From NCBI GenBank assembly GCA_963839565.1, contig CAWIVR010000027.1:196897-260896 (forward strand): a stretch of DNA of 64,000 nucleotides, in the 5' to 3' direction. Shown in pieces: positions 1-10,440 of this stretch. Position 1 is the first letter of the stretch, and each line of letters starts with the position of its first letter. This DNA comes from an uncultured Actinomycetota bacterium. Lineage in GTDB: Bacteria > Actinomycetota > Actinomycetes > Propionibacteriales > Nocardioidaceae. A program made the translations under genes and the position numbers. Below the pieces are notes generated by a model that saw only the letters and a list, made by a program, of their open reading frames with translations, ran no database searches and was not told the origin of the DNA.

Positions 1-477
1 CACGTGGAGTCCGTGGAACCCGGTGGTGAGGTAGAACATCGAGCCGTACGCGGAGTCCTGGATCGTGATGCCCTCCTGGACCAGCGAGACGTACTCGGTG
101 GCCTGACCGGCGATGAACACCGCCCCCATGACGTAGGTGAGGATGAACCACTCGCGCAGGCCCCACTTGCCGACCTGCAGGAGCGAGCCGGACCGGTTGA
201 CCTGACCGCGCTCGGCCGCGAACACGCCGAGCTGGCAGGTCAGCGACGACAGCACCAGGATCGTGGTGTTGACCGAGGCGAACGGGACGTTGAGCTTCTC
301 GGTGTTCATCGCCCAGAGGTCGGGGCTGACGGCGCGGATGGTGAAGTACGAGGCGAACAGCGCCGCGAAGAACATCAGCTCGCTGGCGAGCCAGATGATC
401 GTGCCGACGCTGACCATGCTCGGCCGGTCGTCGTGTCCGTGCAGCCGAGAGGCCGGGATCGCTTGAGCTGTCGCCAC
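1..477 (-). CDS. ctaE: Cytochrome c oxidase subunit III (3' part outside window)
   Basis: Manual translation from GTG 477: [48 protein letters not shown], the typical actinobacterial CtaE N-terminus; CATAAT -10 element 6 nt upstream of the start. Confidence 0.93.
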   Translation of the reverse strand, partial: MATAQAIPASRLHGHDDRPSMVSVGTIIWLASELMFFAALFASYFTIRAVSPDLWAMNTEKLNVPFASVNTTILVLSSLTCQLGVFAAERGQVNRSGSLLQVGKWGLREWFILTYVMGAVFIAGQATEYVSLVQEGITIQDSAYGSMFYLTTGFHGLHV

Positions 478-549
478 GGGGTCATTATGTCGGTAGGGCT
501 CCCGTAGGCCACCCCCGACCCCCTGGGAATCGAAGCCTATTCTCGGGTC

Positions 550-1533
550 GTGGACACGGTGCTCATGACGGGGCTCGCGATGGGACCAGGAATCCTGCCC
601 CAGCTCTTTCCCGGGCACGCCTCCGACTACCTCCCCCAGTTCACCCTGGGCCGGGTCTTCACGGCCTGGGAGCTGGCCCCCGTGCTGGCGCTGCTGACGC
701 TCGGCGCGGTCTTCCTGTACGCCATGGCCCTCAACACCCTGCACGGCCGCGGGGACCGCTGGCCCGTCGGCCGGACGCTGGCCTTCGCGGCCGGGATCGG
801 GGCCTTCGTGCTGGCCACGCAGTCCGGCCTGGCGGCGTACGACACCACGCTCCTGAGCGCGCACATGGCCCAGCACATGATCCTGTCGATGGTCGTGCCC
901 CTGGCCATCGCGCTGTCCGCGCCGGTCACGCTCGCCCTCCGCACCCTGCCGTCGCGGCCGCGGCGCTGGCTGCTCGCGGTCCTGCACTCGCGGGTCGCCA
1001 AGGTGCTGACCTTCCCGCCGCTCACCCTGCTGCTCTACATCGTGTCGCCGTGGGCGCTGTACTTCTCCGGCTGGTACGACGCGTCGTTGCAGTCGTCCTT
1101 CGTCCACGAGGCCATGCACGTGCACCTGGTCGTGGTCGGCTGCCTGTTCTTCTGGCCGCTGGTGGGGGTCGACCCGGTGCCGGGTCGGGTGAGCTACCCG
1201 TTCCGGATGCTGCTCGTCCTGCTGACGCTGCCGTTCCACGCCTTCCTGGGCGTGACGATCATGAGCGAGACCACGCTGCTGGGCGGCGACTGGTACCCGT
1301 CCCTGCACGACGGCGAGATGGGGGCGTGGCTCCCGGACCCCGCCGACGACCAGCACCTGGCCGGCGGCCTCCTCTGGAGCTCCGGCGACCTGGTCGGGCT
1401 GGTGCTCTTCGGGGTGATCTTCGTGCAGTGGGTGCGGTCCTCGATGAGGGAGGGCGAGCGCGAGGACCGGCGCCTGGACCTGCTCGAGGCCCGGTCACAG
1501 TCCCGGGCAAGCAAGCAGGCCGAGCCCCGGTAG
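550..1533 (+). CDS. ctaG: Cytochrome c oxidase assembly protein (Caa3_CtaG family)
   Basis: Multi-TM protein with His motifs [16 protein letters not shown] and PFHAF, and [10 protein letters not shown]; divergent from ctaE. Confidence 0.85.
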   Translation: MDTVLMTGLAMGPGILPQLFPGHASDYLPQFTLGRVFTAWELAPVLALLTLGAVFLYAMALNTLHGRGDRWPVGRTLAFAAGIGAFVLATQSGLAAYDTTLLSAHMAQHMILSMVVPLAIALSAPVTLALRTLPSRPRRWLLAVLHSRVAKVLTFPPLTLLLYIVSPWALYFSGWYDASLQSSFVHEAMHVHLVVVGCLFFWPLVGVDPVPGRVSYPFRMLLVLLTLPFHAFLGVTIMSETTLLGGDWYPSLHDGEMGAWLPDPADDQHLAGGLLWSSGDLVGLVLFGVIFVQWVRSSMREGEREDRRLDLLEARSQSRASKQAEPR

Positions 1534-1534
1534 C

Positions 1535-1969
1535 ATGCCGCTCGTGAACCCCGCCCCAGGTTCGGCCAAGCCGTTGAAGGTCCTCGTCTACAGCGACGAC
1601 GTCAACACCCGTCAGCAGGTCATCCTCGCGCTCGGGCGGCGTCCGCACCCCGACCTCCCGGAGCTGACCTACACCGAGGTGGCCACCGAGCCGGTCGTGC
1701 TGCAGCACATGGACGCCGGGGGCGTCGACCTGGCGATCCTCGACGGCGAAGCGGTACCGGCCGGCGGGATGGGCATCGCCAAGCAGCTCAAGGACGAGAT
1801 CTACCAGTGCCCTCCGGTGCTCGTGCTGACCGGCCGCCCGCAGGACGCCTGGCTGGCGACCTGGTCGCGGGCCGAGGCCGCCGTGCCGCACCCGATCGAC
1901 CCGCTGCAGCTCGCCGAGGCCGTGGTGGGGCTGCTGCGCGCGCGCGTGCCGGCCGTCCACGCCGACTGA
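1535..1969 (+). CDS. Stand-alone response-regulator receiver-like protein
   Basis: VLVYSDD...DLAILDGE...VLVLTGR receiver pattern with no output domain; the conserved KP is HP. Confidence 0.75.
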   Translation: MPLVNPAPGSAKPLKVLVYSDDVNTRQQVILALGRRPHPDLPELTYTEVATEPVVLQHMDAGGVDLAILDGEAVPAGGMGIAKQLKDEIYQCPPVLVLTGRPQDAWLATWSRAEAAVPHPIDPLQLAEAVVGLLRARVPAVHAD

Positions 1970-1976
1970 CGCACCC

Positions 1977-3002
1977 ATGACCACCTGGCCCGAGGTCCTC
2001 GCGGCCCTGGTCGCGCGCACCGACCTGACGGTCGCGCAGACCACGTGGGCGATGGGGGAGATCCTCGCCGGCGAGGCCACCGAGGCCCAGATCGCCGGCT
2101 TCGCGATCGGCCTCAAGGCCAAGGGCGAGACCGTCGAGGAGGTCTCGGGCCTGGCCGAGGCGATGTACGCCGCCCGCACGCCGATCGCCGTACCTGGCCG
2201 GCTCCTGGACGTCGTGGGCACCGGTGGCGACCGTTCGATGAGCGTGAACATCTCGACCATGGCGGCGATCGTCGCCGCCGGCGCCGGGGCCAAGGTCGTC
2301 AAGCACGGCAACCGCTCTGCCTCCTCGCAGTCGGGCAGCGCCGACGTCCTCGAGGCGCTCGGGATCCGTCTCGACCTGCCGCCCGCCCGGGTCGCCGAGG
2401 TGGCCGAGGAGGCGGGCATCACCTTCTGCTTCGCCGCCGCCTTCAACCCGGCGATGCGGCACACCGCGGCCCCTCGCCGTGAGCTCGGCATCGGGACGAC
2501 CTTCAACATCTTGGGCCCGCTCGCGAACCCCACCCGGCCGGCCGCCCAGGCCGTGGGGTGTGCCGACCCACGGATGGCGCCGGTGATGGCCGGGGTGTTC
2601 GCGGCGCGTGGCGTCGACGCGTGGGTGTTCCGCGGCGACGACGGCCTCGACGAGCTCACCACCACGACGACCTCGTCGGTGTGGACCGTGCACGACGGCG
2701 AGGTCGGCACCACGACGGTCGACCCCGCCACCCTCGGCCTCGCGCCGAGCACGACCGACGCCCTGCGCGGCGGGGACGCGACCCACAACGCCGAGGTCGT
2801 ACGGCGGCTCCTGGCGGGCGAGACGGGTGCCGTGCGTGACGCGGTGCTGCTCAACGCCGGGGCGGCGCTGGCGGTCTACGACGCGCCGGGGGAGCCGGTC
2901 GCGGACGCGCTGGCGGCCGGCCTTGCCCGGGCCACCGAGGCCGTCGACTCCGGGGCCGCGGCCGCGACCCTCGACCGCTGGGTCGCCGCCACCTCCGCCT
3001 GA
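1977..3002 (+). CDS. trpD: Anthranilate phosphoribosyltransferase
   Basis: [34 protein letters not shown] and DGLDE motifs. Confidence 0.97.
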   Translation: MTTWPEVLAALVARTDLTVAQTTWAMGEILAGEATEAQIAGFAIGLKAKGETVEEVSGLAEAMYAARTPIAVPGRLLDVVGTGGDRSMSVNISTMAAIVAAGAGAKVVKHGNRSASSQSGSADVLEALGIRLDLPPARVAEVAEEAGITFCFAAAFNPAMRHTAAPRRELGIGTTFNILGPLANPTRPAAQAVGCADPRMAPVMAGVFAARGVDAWVFRGDDGLDELTTTTTSSVWTVHDGEVGTTTVDPATLGLAPSTTDALRGGDATHNAEVVRRLLAGETGAVRDAVLLNAGAALAVYDAPGEPVADALAAGLARATEAVDSGAAAATLDRWVAATSA

Positions 3003-3100
3003 GGTCGTCCCTCGCTCACCGGGTCTCGTGACGGGCGCCAGCGCGCCTTCCTCGACCTGCAGGGTGGGCCTGGCGTCGCTGTCCGAGTAACCTTGGACAA

Positions 3101-3691
3101 ATGTTGGACAAAATGCCGAGATCGGGCAACCGGTCGGGGCCGGCGCGCGAAGACTCCTACGTGGACCAGGGACAGGCCATCGGCGCGCGGCTCGCTCGCG
3201 GCGACGACTCTGCGCTCGAGGACGCCTACGCGGAGTACTCCGGCAGCCTGCTCGCCTTCCTCCGCCGCTACGTCGGCGTCGACGAGGCCGAGGACGTGCT
3301 GCAGCGGACCTTCCTGGACGTGTGGCGCAGCGCCGCGAGGTACGACCCCGAGCAGCGGTTCAGCACCTGGCTGTTCACCGTGGCGCACCGCCGCGCGGTC
3401 GACGCGCTGCGGACGCGGCGACACCCGGTGGTCGACGTCGAGTCGCTGCGCGACCTGGTGGGGGAGGACGGCCGGGACACCGTCGACCGGTACGCCGACG
3501 CCGCCGACGTGCGGACTGCCGTCGGCCGCCTCCCGGACCACGAGCGGGAGGTCATCGAGCTGGCCTACTTCGGAGAGCTCACGCAGCGCGAGATCGCGGC
3601 CGCCCTGGACGTGCCCCTCGGCACGGTGAAGGCCCGGGCCGCCCGCGGCACCCGCCGGCTCGGGGGCCTCGTCGCGGCGGTCGCCTCATGA
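3101..3691 (+). CDS. ECF sigma-70 factor, SigK-like
   Basis: Region 2 AEDVLQRTFLDVWRSA/FSTWLFTVAHRRAVD and region 4 TQREIAAALDVPLGTVK; ATGA overlap with the anti-sigma gene. Confidence 0.88.
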   Translation: MLDKMPRSGNRSGPAREDSYVDQGQAIGARLARGDDSALEDAYAEYSGSLLAFLRRYVGVDEAEDVLQRTFLDVWRSAARYDPEQRFSTWLFTVAHRRAVDALRTRRHPVVDVESLRDLVGEDGRDTVDRYADAADVRTAVGRLPDHEREVIELAYFGELTQREIAAALDVPLGTVKARAARGTRRLGGLVAAVAS

Positions 3692-4362
3692 GTGCCTCCC
3701 ACGCCGACCTGACCGGTCTGCTGCGCGCCGAGCTCGGCACCGACGAGGTCTCCGCCGCCGGGGAGCACCTGCGCGGCTGCCCCGTGTGCCGCGACGACCT
3801 GGCCGAGACCGCCGTGGGACACGCTCTGCTCGCCCGGTCCGCACGCACGCTCGGCCCGGACGCCACCGCGGCCACCGGCACCCCACCGTCGGTGGCCGAC
3901 CTCGAGGCGGCGTTCCCGGACGAGCACCCGCCCCGCCGACGGCTCCGGCTGCTGGCCGGGGCGGCGGTCCTGGTCGTGGCTGCGAGCGTGGGCGCCGGCG
4001 CCCAGGCCGTGCTCACGCGCGACCAGTCCCCCCAGCCCCAGCGGTCCGCCCCCCTCCAGGCGGTCGCTGGGGCGGGCGGCGGCACGGTCTCGATGCTCGA
4101 GGCGTCGGGCCGGACCAGCATGACCATCAGCACCCACGACCTCCCGGCCGCACACGACGGGCAGTTCTACTACGCCTGGCTGCTCGACCCGACGACCAAC
4201 AAGATGCTGCCGCTCGGGCAGGTCGGGCCGAGTGGCACGGCCTCGTTCGAGGTCAGCGACCACCTGCTGGCGGCGTACTCCGCCGTGGACGTCTCCCTCG
4301 AGGACGACGACGGAGATCCCCAGCACTCACCGACCTCGGTGCTTCGGGCGACGTACGCCTGA
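3688..4362 (+). CDS. Anti-sigma factor (ZAS N-terminus, one TM helix, RskA-like C-terminus)
   Basis: Starts at ATG 3688; HLRGCPVC (HxxxCxxC), TM LLAGAAVLVVAASVGAG, C-terminal YYAWLL...VDVSLEDDDGDPQHS. Confidence 0.85.
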   Translation: MSASHADLTGLLRAELGTDEVSAAGEHLRGCPVCRDDLAETAVGHALLARSARTLGPDATAATGTPPSVADLEAAFPDEHPPRRRLRLLAGAAVLVVAASVGAGAQAVLTRDQSPQPQRSAPLQAVAGAGGGTVSMLEASGRTSMTISTHDLPAAHDGQFYYAWLLDPTTNKMLPLGQVGPSGTASFEVSDHLLAAYSAVDVSLEDDDGDPQHSPTSVLRATYA

Positions 4363-4406
4363 GCCGCACCGCGGAACAACACACCCCACACCGAAGGAGC
4401 ACCACC

Positions 4407-5049
4407 ATGAGGTTCCGATCGATCCTCGGCTCGGCCACGGCCGGCGCCGTGCTGACCGCCACCGCAATCGTCGCCGCAGGCGCAGCCCCGGCCCAGGCGG
4501 CCCCGGCGCGCGGCCTCGGGACGACCTCCCTGGCCAGCGTGCTCGGCGCCGATGGCGTCAAGTTCGACTCCAACTGGAAGGACTTCGACATCGTCGAGGC
4601 CGCTGTTTACGCCGTGGCAGAAGCCAAGCCGGACAGCCCCGTGCTCGTCCTCGCCGACGGCACCAAGCGCCTGACGGCCTTCGTGCCCACCGGACAAGGC
4701 GTTCCGCAACCTGGTCAAGGACCTGACGGGCAAGTCGTACTCGTCGGAGAAGAAGGTGTTCACCAAGCTCGCCGGCCTGGTCGACATCGACACGATCGAG
4801 ACCGTCCTGCTCTACCACGTCGTCCCGGGTGCCACGATCACCGCGGCCAAGGCCCTCCAGGCCGACGGGGCCAAGCTGACCACGGCCGCCGGCGTGAAGC
4901 TCAAGGTCAAGGTCAAGAACGGCATGGTCACGCTCGTCGACAAGGACCCCGACACCGCGAACGCGACCGTGATCGTGGCCGACATCAACAAGGGCAACAA
5001 GCAGATCGCGCACGGCATCGACGCGGTGCTCCGCCCGGTCGACCTCTGA
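4407..5049 (+). CDS. Secreted fasciclin (FAS1) domain protein, one apparent frameshift near 4692
   Basis: Signal peptide MRFRSILGSATAGAVL; LTAFVP(T)DKAF, VLLYHVVPG and IAHGIDAVLRP FAS1 motifs are split over two frames. Confidence 0.88.
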
Positions 5050-5069
5050 TCTGAGGCACCAGCCCGGAT

Positions 5070-5133
5070 CTCCCGGTGCCTGACCCTGGTCTGCGCGTCA
5101 TCCCTGCGCAAGACTGGACGTGGGCACCGGGAG
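5070..5133. terminator. Long hairpin between convergent genes
   Basis: CTCCCGGTGCC (5070-5080) is the exact reverse complement of GGCACCGGGAG (5123-5133), with further internal pairing. Confidence 0.6.
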
Positions 5134-5216
5134 CCGGGGGGAGCGAGTCTTCCCCCGTGCTCAGGCCTGCGGGCCGCGTCGTCTCACCCCCGAACGGCGC
5201 GGCTCGGCCATGTCCG

Positions 5217-6723
5217 CTACTCGGACGTCGGCCAGCCGGGCGGCGCTTCGAGGAGCACCAGCGTGTCGCTGCGCTCGGTGATCGTCCAGCCCTCGAGCCT
5301 GTCCAGCCCGTAGGCAGGCGCGACCCCGGTCGGAGCAGGGCGTACGTGGCCCCAGTGCCCTTGACGCTCTCGAGCCAGCCGGCGTTGGTCGCGTCCATCT
5401 GGTAGTTCCGGGCGATCTCGTTGTCGGTGAAGATGTCGCCGTAGCCGTTCATCACGAAGTTCGAGCTCGGGGTAGCGCCACATGAGGTAGCCACCCTCGC
5501 CCCAGTCGTTCAGCACCGACGGTGCCGGCCGGCAGCTGCGTCGAGAGTCGGACAGCCAGTCCGGGTACGTCGGCGGGCCGGGCGGCTGGTCAGCCGTCCG
5601 CGGCACGAGAACGGCAAGGACGGCCAGGCACACGCCTGCTGCGCCCGAGCACGGACGCTCGTTCCAGGCGAGACACCGGGGGCCGCTTCCCGCAGCGCCT
5701 CCTGGATGGCCGCGGCGGCGAAGGGAACGATCATCACGGCCGCCACGATGACGGTGCGGTTCGATGTACACGGCCGAACCCGCCCGCGAGCAGCAGGAGG
5801 AGCAGCTCGGTCCACGAGAGGACCGAGGGCCTGCGAGCGAGCCGGATGACGACGACGCCGAACAGGACCAGCAGCGCGATGGCGTTGCCGTCGGTGAAGC
5901 GGGTGGCTGCCACTCCGCGAAGTACTGGCTCCGCGAGCTCACCTCCAGCACCGCCGAGTACAGCGCGCGGGCCCACGGGGGTGAGGGCGGCCGCGATGGC
6001 AGACGACACGGGGATGGCGGCCAGTCGCAGCCACTGGCGCCGCGTCACCGCACGGTCCAGGGCGAGGCCGACCAGCGGCCACGAGCCCGATGATGATGCC
6101 GACGCGGCCACATGCCGTGGACCATCGCCCACACCCACGTGAGCGGCACCAGCCACCAGCGGGCCTTGCCGTCCTGACGAGTCTGGAGCCACGCGGCCGT
6201 CGTCACGGCGATCAGCAGGTAGCTGAGCACCTGAGGACGCATCGACATGCCCCGGGGACGCGGCGATGATGGCCACGGCCGTGACCGGCGCGGCGGCGAT
6301 CGGGCTGGCGTAGCGGCGCGCGATCGTCCAGAGGGTCAGGGCCAGGGCGAGGTACAGGAGACCGGACAGCCAGGCAACACCGGCCAGCCCGAACCAGTCC
6401 TCGATCTGGGCCATCACGACCTGGGGCAGCCACTGGGTCGGCACCCACTCGGCGGTGCCGAACGTGGTCACGCTGCCCGGATCTGTGAGCGACCAGTTGC
6501 CGGTGAGGAACTCGTGGCCGAAGCGGAGGTGGAAGTAGGTGTCGGTGTTGCTGAGCGGGTCCTTGGCGTGGTTCGTGAGGAGCGCGAAGACTCCCACGAC
6601 GATGATGGTCGGGATGACGAACCGGATCAGGTTGAGCACGCTCGGGCCGCTGCCAGCCGAGCGCGAGTGTTCGGTCTCTTCCGGAGCCGTCATCGTCAGG
6701 TTGTCGGTCGCCACGCGCATCAC
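5217..6723 (-). CDS. Polytopic membrane protein, GT-C-fold glycosyltransferase-like; several frameshifts
   Basis: First TM followed by DTYFHLRFG loop, many TM segments, C-terminal VLNDWGEGGYLMWRYP...MNGYGDIF; pieces lie in at least three frames. Confidence 0.6.
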
Positions 6724-7349
6724 ACCGCCAGGACGTACGACGCCCCGTCGCGGCGGAAGCCGACGCGGGCGTAGTACGGGTCGACCGTGAGCGGCGACGT
6801 GACGACCGTGCTGATGCCCAGGTCGCGGAGCATGCCGCTCTCCCGCCAGACGAACTCGCCCGGCGAGAAGTCGCGGAACCGCTTGGTCACGTAGTCGAGC
6901 TCCACGTGGGCCACGTCGCCATCGACGCGGATGATCACCACACCCACGGTCTCGTCACCTTTCAGGATCAGGAACGGATGCCGGTCGTCGCGCGGCACCC
7001 CGTCCCAGTCGAAGTCGGGCTGGTAGCGCAGCACGTCCGCCCGGTGCACCTGCAAGACATACGCGAGGTACGCGTCGTCCGACTTGACCGCCAGCACCCG
7101 GAACGCCGACCCGTCGTGCCGGTCGAGCAGCAGGCGCCGGATGAACCACACGTTGATGGCGCTCGTCGCGAGGTTCATCGCCACCATCGGCCAAACCCCG
7201 ACCAGGGCGTTGAACACCACCAGCATCAAGCCCGCCAGCAGGTTGAGCAGCCGGAACCGCAGCACCCGTGCCTGCAGCAGCGACAAGATGAGCAGGGCCG
7301 AGCCGGCCCACCCGAACAGGTTCAGCCAGTGGTCGGCGAGCCAGGTCAC
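6720..7349 (-). CDS. YgjV-like membrane domain plus soluble C-terminal domain, hypothetical
   Basis: Three short TM helices (FGWAGSALLILSL, RFRLLNL, WPMVAMN), then a soluble domain with ELDYVTKRFRDFSPG; TAGGGT -10 element 6 nt upstream of GTG. Confidence 0.6.
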   Translation of the reverse strand: MTWLADHWLNLFGWAGSALLILSLLQARVLRFRLLNLLAGLMLVVFNALVGVWPMVAMNLATSAINVWFIRRLLLDRHDGSAFRVLAVKSDDAYLAYVLQVHRADVLRYQPDFDWDGVPRDDRHPFLILKGDETVGVVIIRVDGDVAHVELDYVTKRFRDFSPGEFVWRESGMLRDLGISTVVTSPLTVDPYYARVGFRRDGASYVLAV

Positions 7350-7358
7350 GGCGCGACC

Positions 7359-10330
7359 CTACTGCCGCGCCGCGACCCGACCCGATCGTCATCGCACCGA
7401 CGCGGAGATCCGTCCGGACCCTGGCGCTGGTCATCGACTCGACGTTGCTGGGCACCAGGTTGTTGCCGTGGACGTCCTTGATCAGCTTCGTGGAGAAGCG
7501 GATCTGGTAGTCGCCGGCCTTCAGGCGGCCCTTCGGGTCGATGGAGGCTACCTTGCCCTTCTTGAGGGCCTTGATCTTGACCTTGATCTTGACCCACTTC
7601 TTGCCCTTGGCCTTGTACATCTTGATCGACTTGCCCGAGATGCCGCGCACCTTCTCGCTGAACGTCGCCTTGATCGTCGACTTGGCCTTGAGCTCGTCGA
7701 GGTCAGGCGCGAACTTCTTGATGAACGGGGCAGTGGCGTCGACCTTGTACTGGCGCGTCGCGCTGGTCGCCAGCGGGTTGCCGGCACCGTCGTAGGCCGT
7801 CACGCTCCACGCGTAGCTACCCGTGCTCTGGCCGCTGGGCGCGTAGGCCGTGGCCACCGTGGTCACGCTGCTGGCCTTGGTCCCAGTGATGTTGAGCTTG
7901 TAGCTCGCCGCACCCGGCACCTCGGTCCACTCGAACAGGGCACCCGCGTTCTTCAGCCAGATGCCGGCCGCCGGGCTCAGCAGGTTCGGCGCCACGCCCG
8001 ACGAGAAGAACGACTGTGCGCTCGGACCAGGGGCCCGGGTTGCCGGACGCGTCGTTGCGACGGACCCGCCACACGTACGGCGTGCCCGCGGCCGGGATCG
8101 GCGACGGCGGCGCGTACGCCGTCGTCTTCACCGTGGCGCTGAACACCCGGTTCGCCGCGCTGAAGGACTGGTCGTTGTTGCGGTAGACCTCGACCGTGTA
8201 CGACGCGGCGAAGGGCTGCGGCAGCCCAGCGGAACGGCGTGGTGCCGGGCACCTGCACTCCGCCGACCGGCGAGGAGGGCGACGACCGCGGGCTAGGACT
8301 TGGTGAACGTCTGCACCGGGGACCAGGTCAGGCCCTGGTTCTCGACGTCGACGCGCCTGGACCCGCCAGAAGTAGGTGCCCTCGGGGTACAGGTCGTCGT
8401 AGGCGGTGTACGTCGCTTGGTCGACGATCGGCGTGTCGATCGGGGTCGAGAACGACGGGTCGTTGTCGACCTGGAGCCGGTAGGTCTTGGCGCTCTGGTT
8501 GCCCAGCTCGCCGCCACAGGCGACGGCCCGGTTCGTGTCGTAGGTAGTCCTGCCAGGTGAACGTGATCTCGCTGGCGCTGGGGTTGGATGACGACAGGTC
8601 CCGCGATCGGCGGGCGACGCCTTGCGGAACGCGTCGAGTGTCAGGCAGCGTCGCGTGTGACATCGGGGACCGGGCCGACAGTGGTGCAGCCGCTAGGTCA
8701 GGCACGGCTCGGACGTGCCAGTAGTAGGCGCGAGCCCGCCTGGCTCTCCGGCAGCTGCGCCAGGTCGTCGCTCGAGTCGGCAGCTGGAAGACGTGTTGTC
8801 GTGACGGGACGGTCGGCGCATCTCCGTCGTCGTGAAGTTCTCGTCCTGGGCGATAGTAGACGTTGTAGGACGTTGCGCCCGGGCACCGGGTCCCACGCAG
8901 AAGACGGGCGTGCTGGGCACGCCGTCGCAGATGTCGTTCAGTCCGCTGCGGCCGTGCAGCCTGCCGCCGCCGACGCGCCGGTGCCGTCGAGCGCGACCTT
9001 GAGCCCGGTGACCGAGCCGGTCGTCCCAGGTCGACGTCAGCGCCGAGGCGGTGCCGGCGGTGTCCACGTGACCGCCTGCGGCGTCGAGAACAGGCCCGGC
9101 AGACCGTCGTCCGCCGGGTACGGCTCGTCGATCGGCCGCACCTGCCAGTAGCGGTCCCGTCGCGTAGGCCGCAGTCACCGGCGATGCTGCGCGGCGTGTA
9201 GGTCGTGCCGGCCGTCTTGCACGTCTTGGTCGACGGCCGGCGCGAGAAGTTCGCGTTGGTCGAGACTAGAGCTCGTAGTGCTGGCGTGCTGGACCGGCGT
9301 CCACTGGAAGAACGGCTTCGTCCCATGGTGCCGGGCGTGCCCTCGGTGCCCGAGCGGGTAGACCGGCTGCGGGCTGTGTCCGGCCACGCCGCTTGAAGCC
9401 CGAACAGCGACGCGGTCCACGGACGTCGGCTGGCCGGCCAGGTCGACGGCGCGGACCCGCCACCAGAACTGGTCGTTGTTCAGCGTCACCGGCGGGGAGT
9501 AGCGCGTGCTGCGGACGTTGGTGATGGAGTTCGCGATGTTGTTGAAGTCGTGGTCGAGGGCGATCTGCACGTCGTAGTAGGCGGCGCCCGGGCACCGGCG
9601 TCCAGTCGAGGACGACGTCCTCGATCTCGTGCGTTGACGTCGTTCGGCGGGTAGGTGATCTGCGGCTGGGCCAGCGGCGAGATGTCGAAGCGCGCGGTGT
9701 CCGAGGGGAGGCTGACGAGGCCCGTCAGCCCTTGTCGGCGGTGACCCGCCAGTACCAGTCGCCCACGGTCAGGGGATCGGGCACGACCAGCGAGGTGGTC
9801 TTGGTCGTGTAGACCTTCGCGCCGATCAGGTCGGAGTCCGCGTCGACCTCCACCTTGTAGGAGACGGCGCCCTGGCTGCTGCTCCACTGCAGCAACGGCG
9901 GGCTCTGCGGCTGCTGGAGCACGGAGCCGTTCTCGGGAGACAGCGGGATGGGCGTGGTCACCGGGGCCACGGTGAAGCTGCCGTTGACCCAGTCGGACTT
10001 GGTGCTGCCGGAGACGGAGCGCACGCGCCAGAAGTTCTTGCCCGGGATCAGCGCCTTGGTCGGCACCGCCTTGGTGTTGGTCGTCTTGGCGGTGTAGTCC
10101 GGGGAGGAGAAGCTCGACGCGGCGTCGACCTGGAGCTCGTAGCTGGTGGCCTTCTTCACGGCGCCCCACGACAGCACGGCGGTGCTCGAGTTGCGGATGT
10201 CGCTCTTCAGGTCGCCCGGAGCAGCCAGCGCTGAGGCGGGTGCCGTGGTGGCGGCGAGCGTGCCGATGGTCAACGCGGCGGCGAGCGCGCTGATGGTGAG
10301 TGCGCGCAAGGTCGAGTGCTTCTGGGGCAC
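7359..10330 (-). CDS. Large secreted protein (~990 aa) with tandem Fn3-like modules and a Lys-rich C-terminal Ig-like domain; many frameshifts, 3' end approximate
   Basis: Signal peptide MPQKHSTLRALTISALAAALTIG; repeated LxW...Y.L/VQV...(Y/F)WRVR modules; C-terminal APFIKKFAP...ATFSEKV...IKDVHGN. Confidence 0.75.
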
Positions 10331-10369
10331 GGAAGGTCCTCCCGGGAACTGACGGTGTCCGCGCCAGTA

Positions 10370-10406
10370 TCGGTAAAGAACCCGAAAGGGCGTGGTTCTT
10401 TACCGA
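10370..10406. promoter_or_regulatory. 13-bp perfect inverted repeat (operator and/or terminator)
   Basis: TCGGTAAAGAACC-N11-GGTTCTTTACCGA between the Lrp gene stop and the Fn3-protein start; the arms match the motif at 15115, 18211 and 34121. Confidence 0.65.
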
Positions 10407-10440
10407 AATTGGGCCGCTTTTCACCCCGAGGGGCGGCCAG

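Noticed and set aside
4363-4406. SigK-type promoter before the fasciclin gene
   Set aside because: CCGAA is present but overlaps the RBS, and no matching -35 element is found at the expected spacing
10370-10406. loxP/dif-like recombination site
   Set aside because: The 11-nt spacer is longer than the 6-8 nt of tyrosine-recombinase sites and no recombinase gene is in the window; kept only as an alternative explanation for the motif
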